From: Guillardia theta CCMP2712
Taxonomy: Eukaryota; Protista; Cryptophyta
Length of the DNA: 57,739 bases
Reading direction: 5' to 3'
NCBI RefSeq assembly: GCF_000315625.1
Contig: NW_005434655.1
Span: forward strand, 109,807 to 167,545
Shown: positions 34,068 to 46,781 of the stretch, piece by piece
How the letters are laid out: every line of letters begins with the position of its first letter
Position numbering within the stretch: the stretch's first letter is position 1
Made by a program: the position numbers and the translations under genes
Notes under the pieces: generated by a model
Database searches by the model: none
What the model saw: only the letters and a program-made list of their open reading frames with translations
What the model was told of the DNA's origin: nothing

Positions 34068-34933
34068 ATGGATGAGGACTCTTCACGTGAAGCAAGGGTA
34101 ACGGCTGAGCCTTCGCAACAAAACTCTCTGACTCCCTTGCAGCATAACTTCAGCCTCAACATCTCGAGAAGCATGAAGGTCGTTCAGGTTTGCTTTGCCT
34201 CCTGCATGCCAACCGTGATGCTTACGTTGCTCTCTTTCGTTCCGTCTTTCTCTGAACTCCTTCCACCTTGTTTGAATTTTCCTCTCGACTTATCCTCTCC
34301 CTTCTCGTCCTCCCACCTTTCAATTCCTGCTTCTCCCTCTCCCTCTCCCTCTCCCACCCCTCTCCCTCTCCCTATCCCTCACCTTCTCCCTCCTGCTTAC
34401 CCATTCACTCCTTTTCAGCGCCCTGTCTTCGAGCCCCAGGTGAGAGCTTCAAGTGTTATCGACGCTCGTAAGGTGCAGCTCAGGGCGGGACGTTCGGACC
34501 TGATTCAGAGGTTGCAATCACATTGACGTGCTCCACTGCCGGGGCCCAGGTGGGGTCGAACGGAGTTTGCGGGCAGTTTGTAACGGTTTCCGAAGATCTT
34601 CTACACAGTCGACGGCTCGACCCCGACGCCTTCAAGTGCGATGCTGGTCAGGTCGTCGACGAGGATGTAAAATGCGTCCTCCTCCTATCTTGCTCTTGTC
34701 CCGCCTTCTTCAGTTCTAAACCGTTCCCCCACCTGTCTGACTGTTTCTCTCTCCCTCTCCCTCTCCCTCTCCCTCTCCTTCTCACTCTCCCTCCCCATCC
34801 GACACTGACTCGCAGATTCGGCCTCAGTTCCATTCTCTGCAGCTATCCCGGTCGAAGGCGCATAAATGAGGGTAACGGTTCGTCGGAACCTGCACACTCC
34901 TTCAACTCCGACTCCATCATCATCCGCAACTAG
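34068..34933 (+). CDS. Hypothetical multi-exon protein
   Basis: Chain of short exons separated by GT..CTGAC..AG introns; no recognised domain. Confidence 0.35.
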
Positions 34934-35113
34934 TAATGGGCTAAGGACAGACGTATGTGCTTAAGATTCTGATGACAGATTCATCTCTATCGACGTCGAA
35001 ATGGGCAAACACGTACAGTCGAAGTTGCATGAAAGTCTGCTGGCTGTATTATGAACTCAACTCCTTGGCGTAAGTCCGATGATAGGCATGGAGATTTTAC
35101 ATCGAGAGACAAA

Positions 35114-35213
35114 NNNNNNNNNNNNNNNNNNNNNNNNNNNNNNNNNNNNNNNNNNNNNNNNNNNNNNNNNNNNNNNNNNNNNNNNNNNNNNNNNNNNNNN
35201 NNNNNNNNNNNNN
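35114..35213. other. Assembly gap
   Basis: Run of N. Confidence 1.
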
Positions 35214-35299
35214 TGATGAGCCAGCAAGTCTTCGTTCGTGAATCAAATGGAAACACAACAACGCTGCTAAAATCCCCAAGGGAGATCCAACCACATGCC

Positions 35300-35837
35300 A
35301 CCTGACACTTTGCCCTCCTGTTTCGAACATGTCAGCTCCGTGCAAAAGTTGTAAGTAGGCTTCCCACTTCTTCAATCCTCCAACGAGTGGGGGATAATCG
35401 TCAGAGTTTCCTCCACCGCCCCCTCCGCCGTTTCCGTCCGGGCCCCCTCCTCCCCCATCGTCGTCTTGCATGCGAATTCTTCGTTCGTATACGGTCAACA
35501 CTCCGTATGGGCTTTCCCATGCAATGTCTTCTTGCACCTGCACAAGAATCATACAAATTCACAGAGAATGAAGTGATTCTACAATTTCTCCTGGGTCCCC
35601 CTCCCCCTCCCTCTTCCTCTCCCTCTCCCTCTCCTTCAGATATAACAAGCCCATCTTGCTCCAAGCGCCGGAGGGATACTCTGTCCCAGTCTCTGCAGTC
35701 ATCAAGGTAGTCGGGTCAAACGTCAGCTCCTGCTTACTGCTGCCAGGCCCTCGCCGCCTTGCCCAACTCGAACAACATGCTGGACAGGTGAGGCTCTTAT
35801 GCTTGAGGCAGCTGGTGAGATCCTGAGGCAGCGACAT
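35300..35837 (-). CDS. Hypothetical protein (multi-exon, 3' end uncertain near the gap)
   Basis: Coding-like exon VQEDIAWESPYGVLTVYERRIRMQDDD...LKKWEAYLQLLHGADMF with splice signals. Confidence 0.35.
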
Positions 35838-36042
35838 CGTGAAGCACGTCTACATCATGCAGCCTCGACAGCCACACGCTCCATGACGTTTCCAGCACGC
35901 GACTAGTCGACGAGTTCCAAGGGTTGAGCGCATTCATGTAAATTGAGATTGTAATCTGAGACACAACACATACATTAACGTAACACTGCCTAGCTGAGAG
36001 TGCACTGAGAATAAACTACAAAGTTTGTAGTAGAGGACACGT

Positions 36043-38081
36043 TCAAACTCGCACGTTCACAATCGATTCGATTCGGCGGACTGGCACAAGTTGAGAACCA
36101 TACGATGGTACCTGCGCGCAGTCTGTCAGACTTTCCCTCCTCCTCCTGCGCGAGAGCCTCACGCTTTCATGTTGTTTCGGAGGGTGCAGTTGCATGCACA
36201 CAGCCAGACCCTCTTGTCGTTCATCGTCCTTGGCGGCAGGCACGGGCACAACCTGCCGTCGCTCCCTCAGACACATCAGCAATGGCGAGCTTCGACTCAC
36301 GGCATGTCCATGTACTTGTTTCGCAGAGACTTTGGCAGGTCGAGCACGTGCTGGGGGGACCTGATGAGCCTCTACCAGGAAGGCGACGAGTCACCTGGCA
36401 GCGGAGCGCGTCCATGAACCGTTCCGCCTCGACCTGCTGGCGTCTAGCAGCCAGCAGCTTTGCCTCCATGTCTCGTTCTGCACTGATCCTCGCTTCCATG
36501 CTTGCCTGAATGTCCTGCAGCGCAAGTCTCACAGGCCCACATGGAGGAGGAGGAGGGAGTGACAGACCTTCTGCCGTGCCATCTCCGCCATCTCCTGCTC
36601 GTGCAGTTTGGTCTTCAGCATCTCAGCTCTGCCAACCTGTCAGCTTCGGCCGCTCACTGTCCAGCAGGGCCTCGCCTTTTCCTCTGAATTTCCAGCTCCT
36701 TCTTCTCCGTCGCCTTCCAGCCATCCATGTCAGTCACGCTCCCCCCTCCTCCCCCCCTACCTGAGCTTTCTCTCTCTGGCTGCGAAACTCCTGGGCCCGC
36801 TTCCGCTCGCCCTCCATCAGCGCCTTCTGGATCTTCCTATACATCTGCCGGAGGGCTCAGGGCCCGGCGAGCCTCTCTCGCACTCCTCTTACCGCCCTCC
36901 TCTCGTTCTCCTCCAAGAGGTTCACCAGCTTCTCTCCTTGCACGTGCGAGTGATTCAGACTGAGCTCTCCAGTCTCGTTGGCTGGCTTGTCCACCAGCAT
37001 CGAGTCGTTGGAGACGTCTGCCTCCTGCCCTTCAGCCCCCACCTCCTGCTCGGTACAGGACTTCTTCGTGTCGTCCGACTGCCACATGGAGGACGACGAG
37101 TTCTCCACGATTCTCCTGAGCAAATGCTAAGGGCTCGTCAGGAGACGACGAAAACTGCTCACGTGTGCATCAGGAGCGAGTTCCTGGCCTTCATCGAGCT
37201 CTCAAGGTCGTTGTAAACCTCCGTGCCCTGCGTCTCATCGTCATCGGGCGGCCGCGTAGCCTTCTGAGATTCTACCAGGCCCTTGGCGATCTGAGCGGCT
37301 GACCTGTGATGATCCTCCTCCTGGCATCTGCTCCCGCAGTCCGCGAAGCACTCAAGGTTCATGCTCTTGCACGCTCTCGTCCTCTTCTTGTTCGCAACCT
37401 GACCCACGACGTCATCAAAGTCGCTGCACTTTTGCTTCAAACTCAGTCACCACTGGGTAGGGGATCAGGTTGTAACTCTGCGCGAGCCTCCTCTTCATCT
37501 TCTCATCCACAGACTGTCGAGCATCAGTAGACTGCCGCCATGGGAAATCGCGACACACTGCTCTCTCATTCAGGCTCCTGTTCTGCCCGGCACTTCTGCG
37601 ATGCTCTTCAACTCGCAGGCGAGTTTGTTCTAGGAACATGGATCTGAACACGGAAAGATAAGACAGAGCGCACAAGCAGACGGTGCTCACAATCTTTGAG
37701 CATCGTGAGGCCTCGTCGGCTTCGGCTCCAACACAAGAGACTGGTCGACATTGCGAGGGATGGCGTTGTAGATCACAGCCTTCTCGCCCTGCTCCATTCA
37801 TTACATGAGCCAACAAACATAACGAGAGCATACCGTAGAGACATCTGACGTCTCCTGCTGGTCTTGGGAGGACACTAAGTGACAGAAAGACCTGGAGCAA
37901 GTGAGACTGCAGCATGTCAGAGTCATCAGCAGCTTCTACTTCTCCACTCTCGCGTTGATCTTGTCGATTGGAACGTTGCACTCAATCTGCCATGTTGAGT
38001 TGAGACGCGCGTGCGGGTCGGAGATAGTCTCACCTGGATGCCCTTCAGCCTCTGTGTGGCTAACTTGATCTCGTTATGCAT
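36043..38081 (-). CDS. Hypothetical coiled-coil protein (multi-exon, approximate)
   Basis: Exons such as RLALQDIQASMEARISAERDMEAKLLAARRQQVEAERFMDALRCQ and KLVNLLEENERRAVR separated by ~50-bp introns. Confidence 0.45.
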
Positions 38082-38800
38082 GGTGGGTCTACCGCAGGTA
38101 CAAGTCAGCAGATCGTCGATACAGAACAAACTTGATCGATCGAGGCACATTGATGCAGACTTACAACCTCTCTGGTACTCGGAGTGACTTGTTACACACG
38201 TTCAGATCTAGCTAGAGACTTTTCTTGTCTATCTGACGCATTATGCTGCTCACCGACGACACGGCAAGTCCAGGATGCAAGTCAACGATTCCAGGTACGT
38301 CACTACGAAACCGAACTTCTCCTGCCTCCTCTCCTCGTTGAGATATGGCTCTTCTTCAGATCTCTTGATCCCCTCTCCCTCTCCTTCACACCCTCCCTCT
38401 CCCTCTCCCTCTCCCCCTCCCTCCCTCCTCTCCTCCTCTCCTCCTCTCCTCTGTTCTCGCTTCCCCCACGGTGCCATGCCCTCAGGAGCTCGTTCCCGCC
38501 AGTCTCCCAGTTTCGAACACAACGGTTACAGAACGTTTCTCCGTTACACTCCGCTGGTACTGACGACGGTTACAATATATCGGGGTCCACCCCCCAGGTG
38601 TTGGGGTAGTCAGCAATGCAGGGGTACAAACTGGGGAAAGAAGGGGTAGTCAAACCAACACAGTGAAGCCGAGGGATTTGCCGCGGTCCTCGTGCGATGG
38701 CGGGAATCGTCGCAGGCGGTAAGGGAGAGGAGGGAGAAGGGAAGGAAATGGAGGAGATGGAGGATGAAAAGAGGTAGAGACGATAGTGAGAATACAGGAG

Positions 38801-38880
38801 GAGAGGACAGGAGAGGACAGGAGAGGACAGGAGAGGACAGGAGAGGACAGGAGAGGACAGGAGAGGACAGGAGAGGACAG
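38801..38880. repeat. Perfect 10-bp tandem repeat (GAGAGGACAG)x8
   Basis: Directly visible. Confidence 0.95.
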
Positions 38881-39165
38881 GAGAAAGGGAGTGAAGGAGA
38901 AAGGAAGGAAGGCGGCTGGCGGGAGGAGACAGTATGCTGTAGGTGATGAATGAGACGATACACATGCATGGAAGGATCTAGTGGCGAGTGCTCAGTGGTG
39001 GATCCGCGGGAGCGACAATAGCGCTTTGCTGGTTGAGGACAGAGTCGAAGGGCAGGTTGAAACGATACAGTTAGCAGAGTGGACGTGCTCGATTTTTACA
39101 TTGTTCGATTCCCCAGCAAGTTTCGAATGTGGTGTGGGGAGTCGTCTGACCTTCCTTGGCTTGCA

Positions 39166-40521
39166 GGGGAGAATTTCGGAAAGAAGCGACAGCTTGAGAC
39201 GGAAGTGGAGGGGGATGTTGATAGGAGCAAGCGACAGCATGTGTACGAGTCTGACAGGTCGGCCATCAAGGTTTGATCCTTGCGAGATCTCTCTCTGCTC
39301 CTCTGAACCCTCCTTGTGCAGCTTCTTGTGTCGAACAAAGATGCCGGCACAGTCATCGGCAAATCCGGCTCCACCATCCAGAGCGTCCAGAGCCGTACAG
39401 GGTGCAAAATTCGGATCTCGAACAACAACGATTTCTTTCCCGGGACACAGGATCGCGTGCTGCTGATAACAGGGACGACTGAAGCGGTCATGATGGGAGC
39501 CAAGGCCATCATCACGGAGCTGCTGGAGAACAATCATACAGGGGAGGAGAATCCCGTGGACCCTGCGACTAAGGACGTGGTGATCACAATGCTGGTGCCG
39601 GAGAAGACGTCTGGTGTGATCATCGGGAAGGGGGGAGAGAACATCAAGCACATGATCGAAGAGAGCGGCGCTAAGATGAAGCTCAACTCCAAGGACACGA
39701 AGATACCGGGACTGGATGAGAGAGTGTTGACTTGCGATGGGAAGCTGGCGAATGCGAAGAGAGCTATGGAGATGGTGATGGAGAAAGTGCTGGAGGAAGG
39801 AGCTGCAGGATACACCAACATCTCGACACAGTACAGTAGGGTGTCGAACGCAATGCATGGAGGTATGGGGATGTATGGAGGCAGTGGAGGGGGTGGGAAC
39901 TCGGGGAGAATGGATGGAGGGATGGGCATGTCTTCGATGCCAAGGATGGACTCTTATGATATGAATCAATTCAAAGGTCAACAGCCGGATCCGTACATGG
40001 CGCCGACCGGCATGGGCATGGGCATGGGAATGGGCATGGGCATGGGTATGGGTATGGGCATGGGCATGGGAGGTTACGGAGCCCCTTATGGTCAGCAAGG
40101 ATACGACAATTTCCCTCCCAACGGACAGTCGCTCGATGCTCCCTATGGACGCTCCTTCGGGATGCAGGATAGTTTACCTCCGAGTGACAGCCCCGGCCTG
40201 CCAGGAACAGGAGGAAGAAGCGGGATGGGAGGGATGGGAGGGATGGGAGGGATGGGAGGGGGGATACCAAGGACTTCCAACATCTCGAACCCAACAGTTA
40301 CGTACACTGTACACGTCCCTGACGAGGTGGTCCCAGCCCTGCTGGGGAAAGGGGGATCGGTGATCCGGGAGATGATGGAGGCGAGTGGAGCGCAGATAAG
40401 AGTGTCGCAGAAAGGAGAGTTCGTACCAGGAACCAACCACAGGATCATTACAATCACCGGCAACCAGCACTCTGCTTCCTACGCTCATCAGCTTATCTCA
40501 TCAAAGATACCGCAGTATTGA
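39166..40521 (+). CDS. NOVA/BTR1-like triple-KH RNA-binding protein (true start slightly upstream)
   Basis: Three GXXG KH domains (VIGKSG, IIGKGG, LLGKGG) with the NOVA-type FFPGTQDRV and GEFVPGTNHR signatures; G/M-rich linker between KH2 and KH3; upstream exon ...DRSAIK spliced to LLVSNK. Confidence 0.85.
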
Positions 40522-41108
40522 GCACGGTCGTTATGCGGCAGGGCTGAGTAGGAGAGCGAAGAAAGGACTGGGGTTGAATTGGACCCTGGAAGACTCGAGG
40601 AAAAGGACGAGGAGCACTGGGTGAAGAAGAGACGAAGGCTTCATATGACTACAGCTCCAAGATTCGTCGTTGCGATCCTCAGGTTGCTGCTGTGGCCTCT
40701 TGTCTTTGCTTTCATAGCATCAGGCCTTCTTCACTCTCACAACGGACATCAACATCTCCATCTCAATGTCAATTTCTCGCACCCAAGGAACTCGAGGGCC
40801 TGTCACATTCACAGCATCCTCTCTCTTGCATTCCCTGCTGCTCTTCACCTGCAGACAATCTCCATGCCCGCTAACTTGCACCTTCACTCCTGCAAGCCTA
40901 TGGGACAAGCTTGCCCTCCTGACCGTTTCTGTTTTGACGCCTGGCTGAAGCAGGGTTGGTCCGTGGAGCAGGACAGCATTATTATGTTTGGGATGTTGAT
41001 GGAAGTATGGTGGTAAGGAGCTCTGGAAGGAATCCTTGTATGTATTCTGTGGTTTGTAAAGCAGGACTCTCTCACTTCCTCACCTCCTGTCTTCATTGAA
41101 CACCTTGC

Positions 41109-44100
41109 CTACTTCCCGTCTCCCTCTTCCACGTACTGTCCTGCTCCAGCTCCAGGGGACCGCTCGTCAGCGTACCACTGCCCCGAGGAATCGTCCCACG
41201 AGTTGGGAGCGTCGTCCCACTTGGTCCAGCTCCTTGTCGTGTCTCTCCACTTCACCCGACGAGAGTCCACGGGCCGCAGCAGCGTGTCCTCCCCATCCAG
41301 AGGGATGTCGAGGGAGTAAGGACGCGGCTCCTGGTCGAACACGTTGGGGTTGTAGTCGTGCTGCATCGGCACCTGCAGCTGCTGCTCGTAGTCTCTCTCC
41401 TGCGCCTTGGACACGTGCGGCTGTATCCCTTCTGACGTCACCACTCCCTGCTGCGGGCAGTCGTGCGAGTCGACCGGGCAAGGCTTCGGCACACAGACTA
41501 CCCCCTGCTCGAACTGCCCAGAGTCCAGGCACATGGGGTCTGTGCGGCCCCCCGACTCGAGCCCAGCTGGCTGGTACCACCTGTGGCAGGTGATCTGCAC
41601 CCTCGTCCCTGCTCGGACGTAGTCGTGCGTGCTGACCATGCCGTTCTTGACCTCCCCGTAGTCGGCGCAGTAGATGGGCTCGCAAGTCTTCCCTACCTCC
41701 CACTGCCCGTTCATGAGGCACTGCGGCTCGTCACTGCCGATCCTGCTGGGCCTGCGGTGGGCGTCAGGTGGGGGAGATCTAGGTGGGAGGAGGAGCGTAC
41801 TTGAAGTGCTTATGGCAGGTGATCTTCACCTTCTCCGTGGCATGGATGCCCGATGCCGTGGCGATCTTGTACTCCTGCCCCTTGTACCAGACGCTCCCAT
41901 GGTCAGGCGCGATGTAGGAGGGGCAGATGAGAGGGACGATGTAGGTGCCTCGGGGAGGGGCGATCCTGCCCCCGAAGGATCCGAACCTCTCCTCTCCCTT
42001 GGGCCCAGGGGGGGCTCGGATAACCGGACGGGGTTTCGACCGGCAAAGGATGCCCTGCTGGAACTTGCCCGAGTCCAGGCAGACCGGGAACTTCTTGAAC
42101 CTCTCCGGCTTCACCGACAGCAGCTTCCTCGACGACTGACGTCCTGCCTTTCTTTCTTCCGACACGAGCTCGCTCGCTGCCGCTGCTCCTGCAGACAGGG
42201 CGACGATCGGGCGTGCAGGAGCGTCTCCTCCCCTCACAAACGCCTCCACCATCCTGTCAACATCCATCCTGCTCATCTTGGTGATCTGCTGAGAGAGGAG
42301 GTCGCGATGCTTCAGCGCCTCTTTCTCCTTCTTCAGCTTCTTCAGCTTCTTGTCTACCTCGTTCAGCGACTTCGAGAGCGACCTTCTGAGCTGCTTCCCG
42401 CTCCCCTCCTTCACCTTCCCGTTCAATGCCATCACGGCCTGAGACGCCGTCTGCGGGCCTGCCTGCATCGAGATCAAGTTCCCCTTCTTCCCCTGGTTGG
42501 GCCCAGCAAACCACGAGCTGAAGTCCCACCAAGGGTCTTGCTTGACGAGCTGAGAAACGGGGGCGACATCCTCCTCCTCTTCATCGCCGTAGTACTCCTC
42601 GTAACCCTCGTCGCAGATGATCTCAACCTGCTGCCCTGCCATGACAGGACGAGCCGGGACGGCGACCCCATGCAGCGGAGCCACGTAGGCATCGCACATG
42701 ATCGGCTCGCAGACTTTCCCCTCCTCCCAACTCCCCGAGTCGAGGCAGCGCGGGGTGATGGAGCCCCGAGAGCTCGGCCGGTAGTGGATGTCGCACTCGA
42801 TCCGAACCTGCTCGCCGGCAGGAATATCTCCATCCTGAGCTATCGGCACCTCCTTTGCTCCCATCTTCCACATCTTATGTTCCTTCTCCTTGCTTGTCAC
42901 AGTCCAGTACCTTGTCCCGTTGTACCAGACGCTACCATGAGCTGGCGCCTTGTACGGAGGGCAGAACACCTCAACTGTGAGGTGAACCTCTGGCTTCACT
43001 TCACAGGGATAGCTATCGAAGACCCCACAAGGCGTCCCGACTCGGATGCTCATAATCCCTTGTGCACTCCCGTCCTCCCAACCGTTGGGCGCACTGTACA
43101 CACCGTATCCGTTGTCCTCGGAGGCAGGAGGAGCCGTTGCCGGCGAAGGGAAGATGTTGCCGACGTTGTACGTCCTCGTGCCGAGCGGAGTCACTCGCTG
43201 CCCCGCCACATCCAGCGAAGCAGAAGTCTCCAGCTCCCCTCCACTTGTCGTCCCTCGGCTCTTAATGTCCGTCACCATGCCGGAGAGAGGATGGTAGTAG
43301 CCGCTCACAGTCGTCGGGTACGAGGACGCATGCAGCATCCCCTGCGCCCCCGCGCCCTCCGACTGCCTCCCGTCGCTTCTCTGCACGCTCTTCCACACCT
43401 TTGAGATCGCGTTGGACGCGAGGTTGATCGGGGCAAAGAAGACGCTATCCTCCCTCCGGAGGCCGACGGGCGAGCTCGACCCAGCGCTCCCCTCCTGCAG
43501 TAGACTCTGCGTCCTCTGTCGTCGAGCTGCCATGGCAACAGGCTGAGCTTCACGGGACCCGTCAGACCCTCCTCCCGGCACGTTCGCCAAGTGCAGCCCG
43601 AAAGCCTCGGCCGCCTTGAGTGCTCCTTCATGCCGCGCAGACCTCCTCTTGATCAGCCCAACCGTAGGAGCTGGAGCGTCGGAACTCTCTTTAGCGGCCA
43701 AGGCCTTCAAGGCCCTGTCGCGCTGCATCCCGTAGTAGCTCCTTGTCGACCCCTGGCTCCCCGCGTACTGCAGCCCCATGGCCGATGCGGCACCTGACGC
43801 GCCAGGGTGGTCAACAACTGCTGGGGGGGAGCTGGAGTCTGCGCTGTCGAGGTAGGATTCTATCTCCGCAGACTCCTTGTCTTCTCTGCGCTGCTTGTCC
43901 CTGCGAGATTTGCAGGCAGCTAGGGCGTACTTGCTACAGATCGACTCATCGCAACAGTAGCTTGACAACATCACGCTGGCATCTGCTGGCTGGGCAAAGT
44001 CATCCCTGTCATGCTTTCTGCTCGGCCAGAAGTGCTGGAGAGCATACAGTGTGTGCTCGAGGACGTCCACCCGGTCAGCATCCTTGCTTTGTTCTCGAGA

Positions 44101-44277
44101 GCTCTCCGGGTTCAGCTTCACGACGACGTACAAGAGGAGGGAGAGGAAGGCAAACAAAGCCGCTGCGATGGCAGTCCGGCGTTTGAACACTTGCTCACCA
44201 CTCGCTTCCTCCCTCTTGCTCGAGCCCCAGCCAGGCTCTCCCCCAGACTCAGTTGGAATAGCCCCGTAGCCCTTCAT
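41109..44277 (-). CDS. Type II membrane protein with multiple Sushi/CCP-like modules
   Basis: N-terminal TM helix IAAALFAFLSLLLYVVV; repeated C..Y.AP.HG...G..V.I.C...Y......P.CLDSG.W/F..G..C modules; short intron near 41790-41752 joins the two ORFs. Confidence 0.75.
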
Positions 44278-44304
44278 CCTGTGAACCTCCTCAAAGCTTC
44301 ACGC

Positions 44305-44727
44305 TTACGCCCTTGGCTGATACAGCGGGGCTTGAGCTACGAGCTGGGTAGGAACAGGCTGAACGGGAGAAGGAACGAGCTGAGTGGCAACAGAGGGGAG
44401 GACAGGAGAAGTGTAGGTGGATTCTAAAGCACGTTTCTTTGCCAGCTCGATGCCAGCTTCATAACCAGACTTGAAGCCCAGGGAGGTCTGTGAACGATCG
44501 ACGGTGAGATGAGGAACATAACAAAGGAGGTGTAAGGCAGAGGAGTAAGGCATCGAACGGGAAATCCACAAGAGCAGGAGGAGACAGGCAAAACAAGAAC
44601 GAAGAGGGAAAAGAGGGGACCTTGAATCCTTCTTTGTAGCCCTTCTTGTAGCCATCTTGGTAACCCAGCGTGACTGGGAGGAGGTCGCTGTACATGGTAT
44701 CAACCTGCAGAGCATGGTGTCATCATG
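44305..44727 (-). CDS. Small hypothetical protein with GYxxGY repeats (5' end uncertain)
   Basis: Exons GYQDGYKKGYKEGFK|TSLGFKSGYEAGIELAKKRALESTY...PRA* joined by a GT-AG intron. Confidence 0.45.
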   Translation of the reverse strand, partial: HDDTMLCRLIPCTATSSQSRWVTKMATRRATKKDSRSPLFPLRSCFACLLLLLWISRSMPYSSALHLLCYVPHLTVDRSQTSLGFKSGYEAGIELAKKRALESTYTSPVLPSVATQLVPSPVQPVPTQLVAQAPLYQPRA

Positions 44728-45299
44728 GGATAGAGATTGAAGATTGAGCGTCTATGATGGATCGAGGAAACTTCTGCTACTGACACGCGCGCGGGCACGG
44801 AGATGCGCGCGGATGTGAACGACACCAATCACAAAGTCTAGAAATGCTACATGACGGTAGTGTGGAAGGTTGTCGGGACCGGAAAACAATGAGTGATCAG
44901 GATCGTGGCAGTATGCAATGACAGCAGCAAGGAAGAGAAGAAGTTATGTGATCAATGCTCGAGTCATAGAGAGGGAGGTATCAAGAGTGAGGATTTAGGG
45001 TGGTGCGGGGGAAAGGAAAGGAGAGGAACCATCTTAGGGAGGAGGTAGGAGGGAGCGACAAACGAGGAGAGCAAGGATGGAGGAGGGGAAGGATGGAGGA
45101 GGGGAAGAACAAGGATGAGAACGGAGGATGTGAATGAATGGGATGGATCAGGCAGCATGTCCCGCGCCATTGGGGCAGCATGCCCCGCATGACGCATCTA
45201 TATACGGCATTGCCCCTTCAATGGCAGTTACAAAAGGTTATACTCTCCGTTTTTCTCCGTTATTTTCATGTACGTTACATTGATCGTTACAATTGTTTT

Positions 45300-46240
45300 A
45301 CTCTTCAGACCCCTACCCCAGAAAAAACCACCCCACCCCTGTCAAAAGACCTCCAAAGGTGTCATCAAGGGTCTACCACCCCAGGTAGTTCTACTAGGAG
45401 TTTCCACCGGTGTCATCTATGGCGACGGGTCTGTACCCACCCATCACTGGAAGAATCACCCCTATCTTCGAGGACAATTCCTGGCAGAGCTTTTTCATAT
45501 ACGTGCTAGGACAGGGTCCTAGGGATCAAAATGCTGTCACACAATGACCCCTACCATGGATATTCAAGTACCCACCATTCTTCCACAATGTGAAGTACCT
45601 CATACGAGTTCCACCCCCTACCACATTCCGTTCCACCCTACCCCCTCAATTTTCATTGTACCCCACCGTTTACCTTGAAAGCTGGACTCGAAGCCCAAGG
45701 TGGTACCACCACCGTCCAACTTCATCGACTACCCTACCCACTTTTGGTGTCAACTCGCCTAATAACCCCACCTCAGCCTACTACCGACCTCGGGCATACC
45801 AAAATAGGATGTGGACCCCTACCTCGCAAAATACATTGCATTGAGGGGGTAGCGAATACTTATCACCACCACCCCACAACCCTCCCCCACAAGCCGATGG
45901 GCTGATTAGGGTACCACCTACCCCCATTTTTGTCGTACGGCAGAGTTTCCACTCATTGTTACTACCCTACCCTTGATCTATCTTCAGACCACCCTTTTAC
46001 ATAAGCAGGCATACCCACCCCTCTGTCGAATCTTTTTTCATATGTGAAATACCCTTCATTCGAAGATGGTCCGTTCCACCCCACCCCTTACCTTCTACTT
46101 GTACCCACCCAATCGACCAAACACTCACCCCTACCCCTTGAGCAACTGAAAAAGTACACCCCCACCCCTTCAACTGAGACCCCTACCCCTCCACCTTCTG
46201 CAATTACAAAATCGACCCCCACCACCACCTGGTTCCAATT
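45300..46240. promoter_or_regulatory. Intergenic array of strand-biased ACCCCTACCC/ACCCCACCC-like motifs between divergent genes
   Basis: Numerous C-run motifs separated by unrelated AT-richer spacers; no credible ORF. Regulatory role is inferred. Confidence 0.45.
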
Positions 46241-46781
46241 GGGCCCTGCGACCGCAATGGCAAGAAGATCCTGAAATTTGCGACTGCCAGCTTCTCCCGC
46301 TCCGCATGCTCTATTTTTGCCTTTCCTTTCTTTCAGATCATCCATCCTTTCCTCCTTGTTCCTTGATTCATTGTCTCATGGCTCTGTGAAATTCAGGGCA
46401 TCACCTGCCTTCCGTGCTCACCCATTTTATCTTGCTAGACTACCTCTCCTTTCATGCCGAACTCGCTAAGTTGACCATACGAGATGTTCATCTCATTTCA
46501 GCATTGAAACAATGCATCTCAGATATTTGATCTGCTTGCATGAAAACCGATTGTTGCCCTTGCCTTTCTTCTGTTATATCATGTTCACCACTCCACAAAG
46601 ATTTTGGAGGGGTGCGGTACGCTGATAAAGGTGGTTTGTTGCTCCAAGACATATCTTGTTCTGTATAGTTCTGAAGCTCTTTCTGACCAATCGCCTTCTC
46701 CTCAGAGCTTGGTATGTACAGCATCTGTCTGTGAGCCACATGCAAGTCTCCCTCGACAACTTTGCAAACAAGCCGGATATC

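Noticed and set aside
41674-43404. Long antisense ORFs (also 13287-14210, 38992-40098, 53982-54809, 5223-6032)
   Set aside because: Shadow ORFs opposite real GC-rich genes; no independent motifs.
45300-46240. CRISPR- or guide-RNA-like repeat-spacer array, or telomeric repeats
   Set aside because: The motif is only ~8-10 bp, degenerate and irregularly spaced; it is not a tandem telomere unit.
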